A program made the position numbers and the translations under genes. Shown one piece after another: positions 1 to 9,374 of a DNA stretch of 34,582 nt. This DNA comes from Gemmatimonadales bacterium (GTDB taxonomy: Bacteria > Gemmatimonadota > Gemmatimonadetes > Gemmatimonadales > GWC2-71-9): positions 1-34,582 of the forward strand of contig JAICPP010000002.1 in the NCBI GenBank assembly GCA_025929805.1, read 5' to 3'. Position 1 is the first letter of the stretch, and each line of letters starts with the position of its first letter. The notes under the pieces are model-generated. The model saw only the letters and a program-made list of their open reading frames with translations, had not been told where the DNA came from and ran no database searches.

Positions 1-1
1 A

Positions 2-826
2 AGTATCCTCACACGCACCGCCGTCGTCGGGGTGGCGCTAGCCAGCTGCTGGGGTGCCTCCTCCCTCCCGGCACAAGCAGGGACGGAGCTCAAGGATTCG
101 CGGGCCTGGTCTCTTCAGGGTCTCAGAACCGGTTACTGCGTCCGCTTTCTGATCGATCCGAAGATGGGGTCGGGGATGCTCGAGGACGGCTTTCGGCTCG
201 TACGCGCCGACCGGGATAGCAGCCTTCATCCAGCGCTGCGTCAGACCATCCAACATCAGCCGGAATTTGCCGGATGGTCCCCCTCGAGCCTCTGCTTCTA
301 CTTCACCGAGGCAGTTCGAGTGGGTGAACGGCGCGTGGCCGAGAAGAATCGGCGTAAGTCGCTGATGATCGGAATATGGACCCTGGCAGCGCGGGGACAG
401 AACGCCGGTGCCCGACACGATCTTGCTGTTGACCTGTATGGAAACCAGGGAAGTCTGATCCGTGCTGCTCAGCAGTCGGGTGTCAGGTTGCGCGAGGCGC
501 AAACGTCAGTGGCGGATCGAGCGGACACCACGACCGACATCTACACTGTAAAGCTGCAGAAGGCTCTCCTGACATGGCGAGGTCGCCCGGCAGGAGACAG
601 TACCATGGTCGATCAGCCGATTCAGGAATCTTGGTCAGTTTCTGGTCTTCGCGGCCAAATGTGGAACGCAAGGCTCATCCGAACACCATCCTGGAGCCGC
701 CCGCTGGTTGGCTCTCTAACCGTGGAAGGGAAGGGGGACTTGGCGAAGGCGCTCAAGGCCTCGCCCATTCGCTTCGTGGGTCCGTTGTATATCGGTGGCG
801 GGGGAGAGCTGCACTTCTCTCGCTGA
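2..826 (+). CDS. hypothetical exported protein, 5' end cut by window edge
   Basis: The frame is open from the first bases of the window. The stretch ...TAVVGVALASCWGASSLPAQA before the ORF-track start looks like a signal peptide. No family recognised. Confidence 0.45.
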   Translation, partial: SILTRTAVVGVALASCWGASSLPAQAGTELKDSRAWSLQGLRTGYCVRFLIDPKMGSGMLEDGFRLVRADRDSSLHPALRQTIQHQPEFAGWSPSSLCFYFTEAVRVGERRVAEKNRRKSLMIGIWTLAARGQNAGARHDLAVDLYGNQGSLIRAAQQSGVRLREAQTSVADRADTTTDIYTVKLQKALLTWRGRPAGDSTMVDQPIQESWSVSGLRGQMWNARLIRTPSWSRPLVGSLTVEGKGDLAKALKASPIRFVGPLYIGGGGELHFSR

Positions 827-1209
827 CCGCTTGCGGAGTTCGGTTCGTCAACGCTCCTTTTCCCATCTGAACATCTTCCAACAACTGCTCCCCGCCCCCG
901 TGGAGCTTTCCAGTCGTTTCCCGCCAGACCTGTCCACCTTTGCAACCCACAGGCAGGTCATAGACCTCCCCTTCACCCGAAATAGCCCAGGACCCAACGA
1001 CCCCATGTCGAAGATGTTCATAATTAGAGAGTCTGCATAATTAATTGGCCCGAGGCGACACTGTCATGATCCCCAGGTTTAACATCAACTCAATCAGGTA
1101 AATAATTGAGAATCAGTAAGTTCCAAGGGTAGCCGCGCTGGCTGGTGGAGGCAGACCTTAAGGTTTTTCTGAGGTTTTACACGCAAATAAGATATTAACT
1201 TCGCGGGCT

Positions 1210-1225
1210 TTTCCACATGTGGAAA
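1210..1225. promoter_or_regulatory. perfect 16-bp palindrome TTTCCACATGTGGAAA, candidate operator
   Basis: Read directly from the sequence. It lies at the downstream end of an AT-rich gap, about 110 nt upstream of the amidohydrolase ATG at 1336. Confidence 0.3.
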
Positions 1226-1335
1226 CTGCCTCTACAGGCCTGTCTCATCGGTCCCGAAGGGGCAGGTATCTTCCCCCCATGATTCAGCCAATTCCCCGAA
1301 CCAGTGGACTCCTTCGGGCCAGGAGGGTCGTTACC

Positions 1336-2847
1336 ATGACGGCCACTGACGCGGAGAGTGTTCTGTGGATCGACGGCACCATTCGGACGGTGGGACCGGC
1401 GGTGAAGGTCGAGAGGTCCGCACCCCCGGGCGTGCCTCGGTATGATCTACCTGACACGATGGTGACCCCAGGGTTTGTCGATGGCCACACCCATCTTGGC
1501 CTATGGGCCATGAACCGCCGTAGGGTAGAGCTGAGGGGAGTGCGTACGCGGGAGGAGGTGATAAGGCGGGTGGCTGCTGCGAGGGTGGTGCAGGGGTGGG
1601 TCATTGGCCAGGGCTGGGATGCGAACGGGTGGAACGATGCACCGGATCGCCATAGTCTCGATCGAATTCACTCTTCTCCCGTCTACCTCGACTCCCTGGA
1701 TGTGCATGCCGCATGGGTCAACAGCGCGGCACTCGCGGAGGCGGGCATCACCCGGGAGACCGCGGACCCGCCGGGCGGTCGAATTGTGCGCGATGGAAAC
1801 GGCGAGCCTACCGGTCTCCTTCTGGAGCGAGCCGTGGAGTTGGTGCTCCCCTACCTTCCCCAGCCGTCGGCCTTCACGCTGGATGAGGTGCTTCGCGAAG
1901 CCCAGTCTGAGGCGCACCGCGTGGGAATTACCGGTGTCCATGATGTGGAGTCGATGTCAATCCTCGAGGCGTTTCGGCGGCTCGAATCGTCGGACGAGCT
2001 ACGGCTCCGGGTGCTGTTTCAGCCACCAGTGTCGGCCCTGACACACTTGATCCGTCAGGGCCTCCGCAGCGGACAGGGTAGCGAGTGGCTGAGCCTGGGG
2101 GGAGTAAAGATGTTTCTCGATGGAAGTCTAGGCAGCCGCACTGCCTGGATGCTCGAACCGTATGCGGGCACCCGTGATCGCGGGATGCCCATTACGCCGC
2201 TCGGGGTAGCGCAGGACGCCATGAACACAGCGGCAGCCGCCGGCTGGGCTACCACGGTCCATGCGATAGGGGACGCCGCAGTACGTCAGGCGCTCGACTT
2301 GGTGAGCCGGCTTCCCCGTGTGGCATTACCCCATCGCATCGAACACTTCCAGTGCGTCCATCCTGACGATCTTCGGCGGGGAGCTCAGGCCGGCCTGGTC
2401 CTCTCGATGCAGCCGCCGCATCTCCTCACCGACATCCCGCTGGTTGAGCGTCATTGGGGAGAGCGAGGCTGGGGTGCCTATGCATTCAGGTCTCTCCTTC
2501 AATCCGGTGCCAGTCTGGTTTTCGGCAGCGACGTGCCCGTGGCTTCCATAGATCCTCGAGAGGGGGTGTATTCGGCACTGGAACGGACGACTGGAGATGG
2601 CGCGCCACCCAACGGGTGGCATCCGGGCGAAAAGCTCAATTTCAGGGAAACGGTCCATGCTTATACAGTGGCGCCCGCCCATGCGGCTGGTGCCTGCGCC
2701 CGACGTGGGAAAGTGGCCCCCGGCTATGCTGCCGACCTGGTTGCCTGGTCGGTCGATCCCGCAATCGAGCATGGTGACGGACGCGCGTTTCGCGAGGGCC
2801 GTGCGCTGTTGACTGTTGTCGGAGGAGAAGTCGTGATGCGGGCATGA
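1336..2847 (+). CDS. amidohydrolase family protein (Amidohydro_3 / YtcJ-like metal-dependent hydrolase)
   Basis: Motifs PGFVDGHTHL, VHAIGD and FGSDVPV are typical of this family. AGGAGG at 1321-1326 sits 9 nt before ATG 1336. The ORF-track start at 1219 is a GTG inside the palindrome and adds a non-conserved basic leader. Confidence 0.8.
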   Translation: MTATDAESVLWIDGTIRTVGPAVKVERSAPPGVPRYDLPDTMVTPGFVDGHTHLGLWAMNRRRVELRGVRTREEVIRRVAAARVVQGWVIGQGWDANGWNDAPDRHSLDRIHSSPVYLDSLDVHAAWVNSAALAEAGITRETADPPGGRIVRDGNGEPTGLLLERAVELVLPYLPQPSAFTLDEVLREAQSEAHRVGITGVHDVESMSILEAFRRLESSDELRLRVLFQPPVSALTHLIRQGLRSGQGSEWLSLGGVKMFLDGSLGSRTAWMLEPYAGTRDRGMPITPLGVAQDAMNTAAAAGWATTVHAIGDAAVRQALDLVSRLPRVALPHRIEHFQCVHPDDLRRGAQAGLVLSMQPPHLLTDIPLVERHWGERGWGAYAFRSLLQSGASLVFGSDVPVASIDPREGVYSALERTTGDGAPPNGWHPGEKLNFRETVHAYTVAPAHAAGACARRGKVAPGYAADLVAWSVDPAIEHGDGRAFREGRALLTVVGGEVVMRA

Positions 2848-2869
2848 CCCATCTCAATTAGACTCCTGC

Positions 2870-4333
2870 ATGCCTCGCGTTTCTATCCGGCGTACCAAAA
2901 TTGTTGCGACGCTCGGCCCCGCGTGGGATAATCCTCCCCAGATGACTGCCCTGCTCGATGCTGGTGTCAACGTGGTGCGCATCAATGCGTCCCACGGTAC
3001 TCCCGAAGTTCGGGCTCGTTGGATTCATCAGCTTCGAACTGTGTTCGAGGGAAGACGAGAGGCAGCGGCGGTGTTGCTGGATCTCCAGGGTCCTCGCATT
3101 CGCATCGGGAATCTGCCGGAGCCCATCAGGCTCGAGCCGGGACAGCACGTGGTCTTTGCGCCCGAGCTGTCCGCTCAACCGGGCGAGATACCGACCACCT
3201 ATGACGATCTGGCCAAGGACGTTCGGCTGGGCGCCCGCATCCTGCTGGATGACGGGCTGATAGCGCTGGAGGTGAGAGGGATCCTGGAGGAGAGGGTTCA
3301 AGCGGTGGTCCACTACGGTGGTGAGCTCAAGGCTCATAAGGGGATGAATCTGCCGGGCATCGAGGTGAGTGCACCCGCGCTCACTGACAAGGACAAGGAT
3401 GATGTCAAACAGACCGGATCGCTCGGCGTGGACTACATCGCCCTTTCCTTCGTTCGGCGGCCGGAAGATCTCGAGCAGCTCAGGGCGCTGGTGCCCCGAG
3501 GTGTGAAGCTGGTAGCCAAGATCGAGAAAGACACTGCCATCAAGAATCTCTGCGGCATCCTGGACGCCTCGGACGCCATCATGGTCGCCCGGGGCGATCT
3601 CGGCGTGGAGCTACCCTTCGAGGAAGTGCCGCTCATTCAGAAGCAGATCATCCGGGAGGCCAGTCTGCACGGAAAGCCGGTTATTACCGCCACCCAGATG
3701 CTCGAATCGATGGTGCACGCGCCGCGGCCGACCCGGGCCGAAACGTCAGACGTCGCGAACGCAATCCTCGATGGAACCGACGCGGTGATGTTGTCGGCCG
3801 AGACCGCCGTGGGTGAGTACCCACTGGAAGCGGTGCAGGCGATGGACCGGATCGCCCGGGAGATGGAAAGCCAGCGCCAGACCCGGGGCGTGACCATCGA
3901 CGCGGCGCTCGGTCGTCGTTCCGCTGAACAAGGAGCGCTCCGGCACCATCAGTCGCCACCGGGAGGGCCCATCAGAACGGAGGACGCCATCGCGGTGGCG
4001 GTCTGTGCCGCGGCCGAGATGCTCTCCGCACCGTTGATCGTGTGCTTTACCAGCAGCGGTTTCACCGCTCGTAAGGTGGCCACCTGCCGCCCGACGGTGC
4101 CGGTCTTTGCTTGTACTCCGGAGCCGGAAACCTTCCGCCAACTGTCGCTGGTGTGGGGCGTCACCCCCGCGCTGACAGAGCACTCCACCAACTACGACAC
4201 GATGCTCGCCGGGGCTCGCCAACAGATTTTGGAACGCAAGCTGGCGCAGCCGGGAGAGCGTCTGGTGGTAACGGCGGGCGTACCGTTCGACATGGCCGGC
4301 ACTACCAACCTCCTGAAGGTCGAAGCAGTTTAG
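2870..4333 (+). CDS. pyk: pyruvate kinase
   Basis: N-terminus RRTKIVATLGPA...GVNVVRINASHG, plus MVARGDLGVE and ATQMLESM motifs. About 487 aa, full length including the C-terminal domain. Confidence 0.95.
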   Translation: MPRVSIRRTKIVATLGPAWDNPPQMTALLDAGVNVVRINASHGTPEVRARWIHQLRTVFEGRREAAAVLLDLQGPRIRIGNLPEPIRLEPGQHVVFAPELSAQPGEIPTTYDDLAKDVRLGARILLDDGLIALEVRGILEERVQAVVHYGGELKAHKGMNLPGIEVSAPALTDKDKDDVKQTGSLGVDYIALSFVRRPEDLEQLRALVPRGVKLVAKIEKDTAIKNLCGILDASDAIMVARGDLGVELPFEEVPLIQKQIIREASLHGKPVITATQMLESMVHAPRPTRAETSDVANAILDGTDAVMLSAETAVGEYPLEAVQAMDRIAREMESQRQTRGVTIDAALGRRSAEQGALRHHQSPPGGPIRTEDAIAVAVCAAAEMLSAPLIVCFTSSGFTARKVATCRPTVPVFACTPEPETFRQLSLVWGVTPALTEHSTNYDTMLAGARQQILERKLAQPGERLVVTAGVPFDMAGTTNLLKVEAV

Positions 4334-4336
4334 GAA

Positions 4337-5113
4337 ATGCGCCTCACGTTTCTGGGCACGGGCACCTCGTTCGGCGTGCCCCAGATCGGGTGTGACTGCG
4401 CAGTGTGTCGCTCGAACGATCCCCGGGACAAGCGCACCCGCTCCGGGGCGGTGCTGGAAGTCGGGGGCGCGACCATTCTCATCGATACTCCGCCCGAGCT
4501 TCGCTTGCAGCTCATCTCAGCCGGATTTTCCCGTATCGATGCCGTGGTATACACCCACGAGCATGCGGATCACATCAATGGCATTGACGATCTCCGGGTG
4601 TTTTCGATGCGCGAGCGGAAGCCGCTGCCGCTGTACGGGCCAGCCGAGACCCTCGACCGGCTCCGTGCTTCCTTTAATTACATCTTCGATGAGTCGGTTC
4701 ACCCCTACGAGGGAACCTCCAAGCCTCGTCTCACCCTCCACCGGACCGAGCCCGATCGGGTGATCCGGATCGCGGGCATCGAGGTCCTTCCTCTGGCCTT
4801 TCAGCACGGCCATCTCCGTGTATTCGGTTATCGCTTTGGCAGTCTGGCCTATCTCACCGACATCAAGGAAATCCCTCGGGAAGAGCGGGACCGGTTGCAA
4901 GGACTGGACGTTCTGGTCCTGAATGCTCTCTGGTGGCGTCCCCATCCCACCCATCTGAGCATTTCCGAAGCCATTCGGACCGCACAGGACCTGGGTGCCC
5001 GTCGCACGTATCTAACCCACCTGACCCATGAAACCGGTCATGCCGAGCTGGAGACCCAGCTTCCGGCTGGCGTGTTCCCGGCTTATGACGGACTGACGGT
5101 GGAGGTAGCGTGA
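4337..5113 (+). CDS. MBL-fold metallo-hydrolase (PhnP-like phosphodiesterase family)
   Basis: HEHADH metal motif and N-terminal LGTGTSFGVPQIGCDCAVC cysteine motif. Starts 3 nt after the pyk stop. Confidence 0.8.
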   Translation: MRLTFLGTGTSFGVPQIGCDCAVCRSNDPRDKRTRSGAVLEVGGATILIDTPPELRLQLISAGFSRIDAVVYTHEHADHINGIDDLRVFSMRERKPLPLYGPAETLDRLRASFNYIFDESVHPYEGTSKPRLTLHRTEPDRVIRIAGIEVLPLAFQHGHLRVFGYRFGSLAYLTDIKEIPREERDRLQGLDVLVLNALWWRPHPTHLSISEAIRTAQDLGARRTYLTHLTHETGHAELETQLPAGVFPAYDGLTVEVA

Positions 5114-6501
5114 TCAAACTCCTTTACGGAAGAATGTTTCGGGACGGTTTGGATCAGGAGCACGGGCTGGCGCGAGATCGAGTTCAGGAGTTGGCCCGCC
5201 GCTTTGCCGACGTGCAGGACGAAGTCCGCAGGCGTCGAGCCGCCGGTGAGTACGGGTTCTACAAGCTGGTGGATCAAGGACCGACGGTGAACGCGATTCG
5301 CACCTTTGCCGATGGACTGGGGCAAGCCCACGATCATATTCTCGTTCTTGGTATCGGAGGGTCGGCACTGGGGACCAAGGCACTGTTGAATGCGCTCCGC
5401 CCTCCGGCATGGAATGAACTGGACGATGAGCGGCGAGACTTCTTTCCCCGCCTGACAGTGCTGGAAAACGTCGACCCGACCTCGGTGAAGGCCGCGCTCG
5501 ATCGAATCGACCCCCGCCGCGTGCTGGTCAATGTCATCAGTAAATCGGGCGGAACAGCCGAGACGATGGCTCAGTACCTGGTAGTGCGTGGCTGGCTGGA
5601 GCAGGCACTCGGGGCGGCTGCATATCGTCACCTCGTCTTTACCACCGACCCCACCCGGGGGGCGCTGCGAGAACTGGCACAGCGGGACCGGATAGCAACC
5701 CTGGATGTTCCGCCGGAGGTCGGAGGCAGGTTCAGCGTACTGTCTCCTGTCGGGCTGCTCCCCGCTGCCCTGGTGGGCATAGATATCGAGGGCCTGCTGG
5801 ACGGAGCCAGACGCGCCCTGGAGCGGGCGGAGATCGACGACCTGCTGCAGAATCCACCTGCTCTGTACGCGGCACTCCACTGGGAGGCCGACACCAGCCA
5901 GCGGGCCCGGATCCATGTGCTGATGCCTTACACCGACCGCCTGCGGGAGCTGGCGGAATGGTATCGGCAGCTCTGGGCAGAGAGCCTGGGGAAACGGGTC
6001 AACCGCGCGGGACACCAGGTCCATTCCGGGCCAACCCCAGTGGCCGCCGTGGGAGCCACCGATCAGCACAGTCAGGTCCAGCTATTCATGGAGGGGCCGT
6101 TCGATAAAGTGATCACCTTCTTGACGGTTGAGAGTCTCGGAGTCGACGTGGAGATCCCTCGGCCCTCGTCGGGCTCGGAGCTGCCTGCTGAACTGGCATA
6201 CTTGCCGGGGCACACCTTGGGCGAGCTGCTCCAGGCGGAGTGCGAGGCCACCTCGACAGCGCTGGCCCAAATGGGAAGAATGAACTGCACTCTTCGCTTG
6301 CCGGATCTCACCGCTGCCACAATTGGCGAGGCCATCATGTTCTTTCAACTGGCCACCGGCTACGCAGGAGTCTGGTACGGCATCGATCCGTTCGATCAAC
6401 CCGGCGTCGAACTGGGGAAGCGGCTTACCTACGCGGCAATGGGTCGAGCCGGATACGAGCCCATGGACAGCCACCCCAGCTCGGCCACGGACGAAGCCTG
6501 A
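5110..6501 (+). CDS. pgi: glucose-6-phosphate isomerase
   Basis: GIGGSALG and ISKSGGTAET motifs, short-type PGI of about 460 aa. The GTG start overlaps the upstream stop as GTGA. Confidence 0.9.
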   Translation: MIKLLYGRMFRDGLDQEHGLARDRVQELARRFADVQDEVRRRRAAGEYGFYKLVDQGPTVNAIRTFADGLGQAHDHILVLGIGGSALGTKALLNALRPPAWNELDDERRDFFPRLTVLENVDPTSVKAALDRIDPRRVLVNVISKSGGTAETMAQYLVVRGWLEQALGAAAYRHLVFTTDPTRGALRELAQRDRIATLDVPPEVGGRFSVLSPVGLLPAALVGIDIEGLLDGARRALERAEIDDLLQNPPALYAALHWEADTSQRARIHVLMPYTDRLRELAEWYRQLWAESLGKRVNRAGHQVHSGPTPVAAVGATDQHSQVQLFMEGPFDKVITFLTVESLGVDVEIPRPSSGSELPAELAYLPGHTLGELLQAECEATSTALAQMGRMNCTLRLPDLTAATIGEAIMFFQLATGYAGVWYGIDPFDQPGVELGKRLTYAAMGRAGYEPMDSHPSSATDEA

Positions 6502-6593
6502 TGTCAGGGACGGTCACAACTCGTTGCGGCCCTTCATTTCCCGGCCTACCTTTGGAAGCCTTATGAACACTGCTTTGAAGAGGATAGACGGGC

Positions 6594-8009
6594 ATGGCTG
6601 ATGTTATGCAGCGGGTGCTCGAAGCATATCAGGGAGCCGTGACACTGGTACCGGGCGGGGTCAAGATTCGCGACCAAGCCCAGCTCCGATCCCCGGCCAC
6701 GGATCGGATAGCCTGGCAAGCGGTCTTCGGCAGCGGAGAGGAACGCGAGGCGGCCCGCTGGCTGCTCTGGGAGCTGGGCCAGGTCGTTGGTGCCCGACCC
6801 GCCTCCATCAATGACTTGTACCTGGCGCGTGGTCGGGGTGAATGCGGGGGTTTCACCGTGCCCGCCATCAACGTGCGGATGCTGGCGTACGACACCGCCC
6901 GGGCCGTGTTTCGCGCGGCGCGAGCGGGTAAGGCCGGAGCCATCATTCTCGAGATCGCCCGCTCCGAGATCGCCTACACGGAGCAGCGGCCTGCGGAATA
7001 CGTGTCCGTGATGATCGCAGCCGCTCTCCGGGAGGGCTACGCGTTGCCCCTCTTCATCCAGGGCGACCACTGCCAGGTGAACCACAAGAAGTATCAAGCT
7101 GACCCTGAGGGGGAGGTCGGCGAGGTGAAGAAGCTGATCGCCGAAGAGGTGGGTGCCGGGTTCTACAACATCGACGTGGATACCTCGACGCTGGTCGATC
7201 TGTCCAAGACATCCCTGGCGGAGCAGCAGCGCCTGAACTACGAGCGCGCCGCCGAGATCACCGGGTTCATTCGGCAGCATGAGCCGCAGGGCGTCACCGT
7301 TTCAGTTGGCGCGGAAATTGGCGAAGTCGGAATGAAGAACAGCACGGTGGAGGAGCTCCATGCCTTCATGCAGGGATACAACCGCACGCTGGCCGCACTG
7401 GGAAATCAGGTAGGCATCAGCAAGATCTCGGTCCAAACCGGGACCTCTCACGGCGGCGTGGTGCTGCCCGATGGCACGATCGCCGACGTAAAGCTGGATC
7501 TCCAGGCGTTGGCGGCTTTGTCCAGGGTGGCCCGGGAGGAATATGGGCTTGCCGGCGCGGTGCAACACGGCGCCAGCACGCTTCCATCCAACGCCTTCGG
7601 TAATTTTCCGCGGATCGAGACGGCCGAGATTCATCTGGCGACGAACTTCCAGAATATCGTCTTCGATCATCCTCTACTGCCGGGGGACTTGCGGGAACGG
7701 ATGCGGAGCTGGCTGGACGAAAATGCTGCAAGCGAGCGGAAGAGCGGCGACACCAACGAGCAGTTCTACTACAAGGCTCGCAAGAAGGCCATCGGCCCAT
7801 TCAAGCGGGATCTCTGGTCGCTCCCGGAAGACATCCGCGGAGCCATCGCGGCCGATCTGGAGAAGACTTTCTCGTTCCTCTTCGAGCAACTGAACGTCAA
7901 CGGGACCCAGGATCAGGTGAACCGGTTCATTCATGCTCCCATCCAGCACCACGCCGCGCTCAAGCCGGTGCTAGTCGCGGCCGCTGACGACCCCGACGCC
8001 GGGGAATAG
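6594..8009 (+). CDS. fba: class II fructose-bisphosphate aldolase family protein (long form)
   Basis: Class II aldolase landmarks appear in order: VPAINV, IQGDHC, NIDVDTS, GAEIGEVG, GTSHGG, VQHGAST. Substrate (fructose versus another ketose bisphosphate) cannot be resolved from sequence alone. Confidence 0.7.
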   Translation: MADVMQRVLEAYQGAVTLVPGGVKIRDQAQLRSPATDRIAWQAVFGSGEEREAARWLLWELGQVVGARPASINDLYLARGRGECGGFTVPAINVRMLAYDTARAVFRAARAGKAGAIILEIARSEIAYTEQRPAEYVSVMIAAALREGYALPLFIQGDHCQVNHKKYQADPEGEVGEVKKLIAEEVGAGFYNIDVDTSTLVDLSKTSLAEQQRLNYERAAEITGFIRQHEPQGVTVSVGAEIGEVGMKNSTVEELHAFMQGYNRTLAALGNQVGISKISVQTGTSHGGVVLPDGTIADVKLDLQALAALSRVAREEYGLAGAVQHGASTLPSNAFGNFPRIETAEIHLATNFQNIVFDHPLLPGDLRERMRSWLDENAASERKSGDTNEQFYYKARKKAIGPFKRDLWSLPEDIRGAIAADLEKTFSFLFEQLNVNGTQDQVNRFIHAPIQHHAALKPVLVAAADDPDAGE

Positions 8010-8017
8010 GAGGATTG

Positions 8018-8413
8018 ATGCGACGGAAACAGCGGAGAGAAGTGATATACGTCGAGCGGGGGGACACATCGGCTAAGTGGCTTTTTTGGGGTGCGCTGAT
8101 CGGGGCAGGCGTGGCGCTGCTCTACGCTCCCAGCAGCGGCGAAGAGACCCGCCGCAATCTCCAGCGGAGGCTATGGAAGTTCAGGGCGATGACCGAAGAG
8201 AAGCTGGACGAGATCACCCAGCAGTTCGGCGGAGCGAAGGACTCTCTGCAGGATATGCTGGAGGACGAGGAAGATGAGATCGAGGCTGACGAGTCCCCCG
8301 GCGTCTATGGCCGGAGCACCAAGCCGTCGCCCCGGGAGGAGCTGGAGCGCCGGTTGGCGGAAGCTCGCGCCCGCCGCCGGTCACCCGCTGATCTCGAGGA
8401 GCCGCTCGCCTGA
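8018..8413 (+). CDS. YtxH domain-containing protein
   Basis: WGALIGAGVALLYAPSSGEETRRNL is the YtxH signature. AGGAGG at 8008-8013 is followed by a 4-nt spacer and ATG 8018; the ORF-track TTG at 8015 is one codon earlier. Confidence 0.75.
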   Translation: MRRKQRREVIYVERGDTSAKWLFWGALIGAGVALLYAPSSGEETRRNLQRRLWKFRAMTEEKLDEITQQFGGAKDSLQDMLEDEEDEIEADESPGVYGRSTKPSPREELERRLAEARARRRSPADLEEPLA

Positions 8414-9345
8414 GCGGCTCCGGGCCCGGCGGGTGGCACCGCTCGCCCGCCGGCTTCCTTCGCCGTACCCTCCAAGCCGCTGATGAAGACAACATTCCGT
8501 TTCTCGCCAGCGCCCTGACATTCGACGCGCTGCTGGCAGCGGTTCCCTTCATTCTGTTGTTGCTGATCGGCCTGACGCACCTGGTCCAGAGCGTTACGCA
8601 CGGTCCCGAAGTTGACAGCGTCTCGCTGCTGAACCGTTTTCTCCCGCCTCAGACAGCGCTGCCGGACCGCGATCCGTTCGAGGTTATCGAGCGATTGCTG
8701 GCCGGGATCACGAAGAATCGCGGTCAACTGTCGCTGTACGCGGTCCCGACTTTCCTCTGGTTCAGTACCCGTCTCTTTGCCGGTATTCGGACGGCCCTGA
8801 ATGACATCTACGACGTCTCGCTCCGGCCAGCCCCGCCGCGGGGTTTTATCACCTTGTTTCTTCTGGCCAAGCTACGGGACGCCGCCATGGTGGTGGGAAC
8901 CGTGATCCTGTTTCTGGCCAACACTCTGCTGACCACGGGACTCACCATTCTGCAGGCTCGCGGCGCGGAAACCCTGCCGCAACTCGGCTTCTTCGTGTCG
9001 ACCCTGGGCCGGTACCTCACCGAGTTCCTGGCGTTCAGCTTCTCAGTGTCGCTGTTCTACATCACCTATAGTTATGCCTCGGTCCGCCGGCTGCCCTGGA
9101 AAACCGCGCTCCTTGCCGCAACTTTCACGGCCGTACTCTTCGAGTTTGCCAAGAGGCTTTACGCACTCTATCTGGCGAACTTTACCTCCTTCGAAGCCCT
9201 GGGCGGAGATGCCAACCTCGGAGCCATTGTCCTATTTATTCTCTGGGTGTATTACACGGCCCTGGTATTTCTCTTAGGCGCCGTGGTGGCAGAGACCTGG
9301 GAGCTCAAAAAGATGCTGGATCGACAGCGAGCTATCCTCGGATGA
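8410..9345 (+). CDS. YihY/BrkB family inner-membrane protein; start codon unresolved
   Basis: Polytopic membrane protein. The family N-terminal signature (DEDNIPFLASALTFDALLAAVPF) is in frame at 8482-8550, but no ATG, GTG or TTG lies between the in-frame stop at 8389-8391 and TTG 8557. CTG 8410 overlaps the ytxH stop as CTGA. The minimal canonical ORF is 8557..9345. Confidence 0.7.
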   Translation: MSGSGPGGWHRSPAGFLRRTLQAADEDNIPFLASALTFDALLAAVPFILLLLIGLTHLVQSVTHGPEVDSVSLLNRFLPPQTALPDRDPFEVIERLLAGITKNRGQLSLYAVPTFLWFSTRLFAGIRTALNDIYDVSLRPAPPRGFITLFLLAKLRDAAMVVGTVILFLANTLLTTGLTILQARGAETLPQLGFFVSTLGRYLTEFLAFSFSVSLFYITYSYASVRRLPWKTALLAATFTAVLFEFAKRLYALYLANFTSFEALGGDANLGAIVLFILWVYYTALVFLLGAVVAETWELKKMLDRQRAILG

Positions 9346-9374
9346 TCACATGGCACAAGCTCAAAGGAGGTTTC

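Noticed and set aside
795-1040. 81-aa ORF and the overlapping minus-strand ORFs in the AT-rich gap as real small genes.
   Set aside because: No SD, no recognisable motif, and composition and codon pattern unlike neighbouring genes. Left as non-coding pending transcript data.
5083-6069. Long antisense or off-frame ORFs. Examples: 5083..6069 (-) 328 aa, 10136..11188 (-) 350 aa, 18631..19701 (+) 356 aa, 21975..23150 (+) 391 aa, 13024..13638 (-), 6561..7280 (-), 14905..15573 (-), 13807..14502 (-).
   Set aside because: Each lies opposite or out of frame with a gene that has clear family motifs. Their translations are Arg/Pro/Gly-rich low-complexity strings, as expected for shadow ORFs in GC-rich DNA where stop codons are rare.
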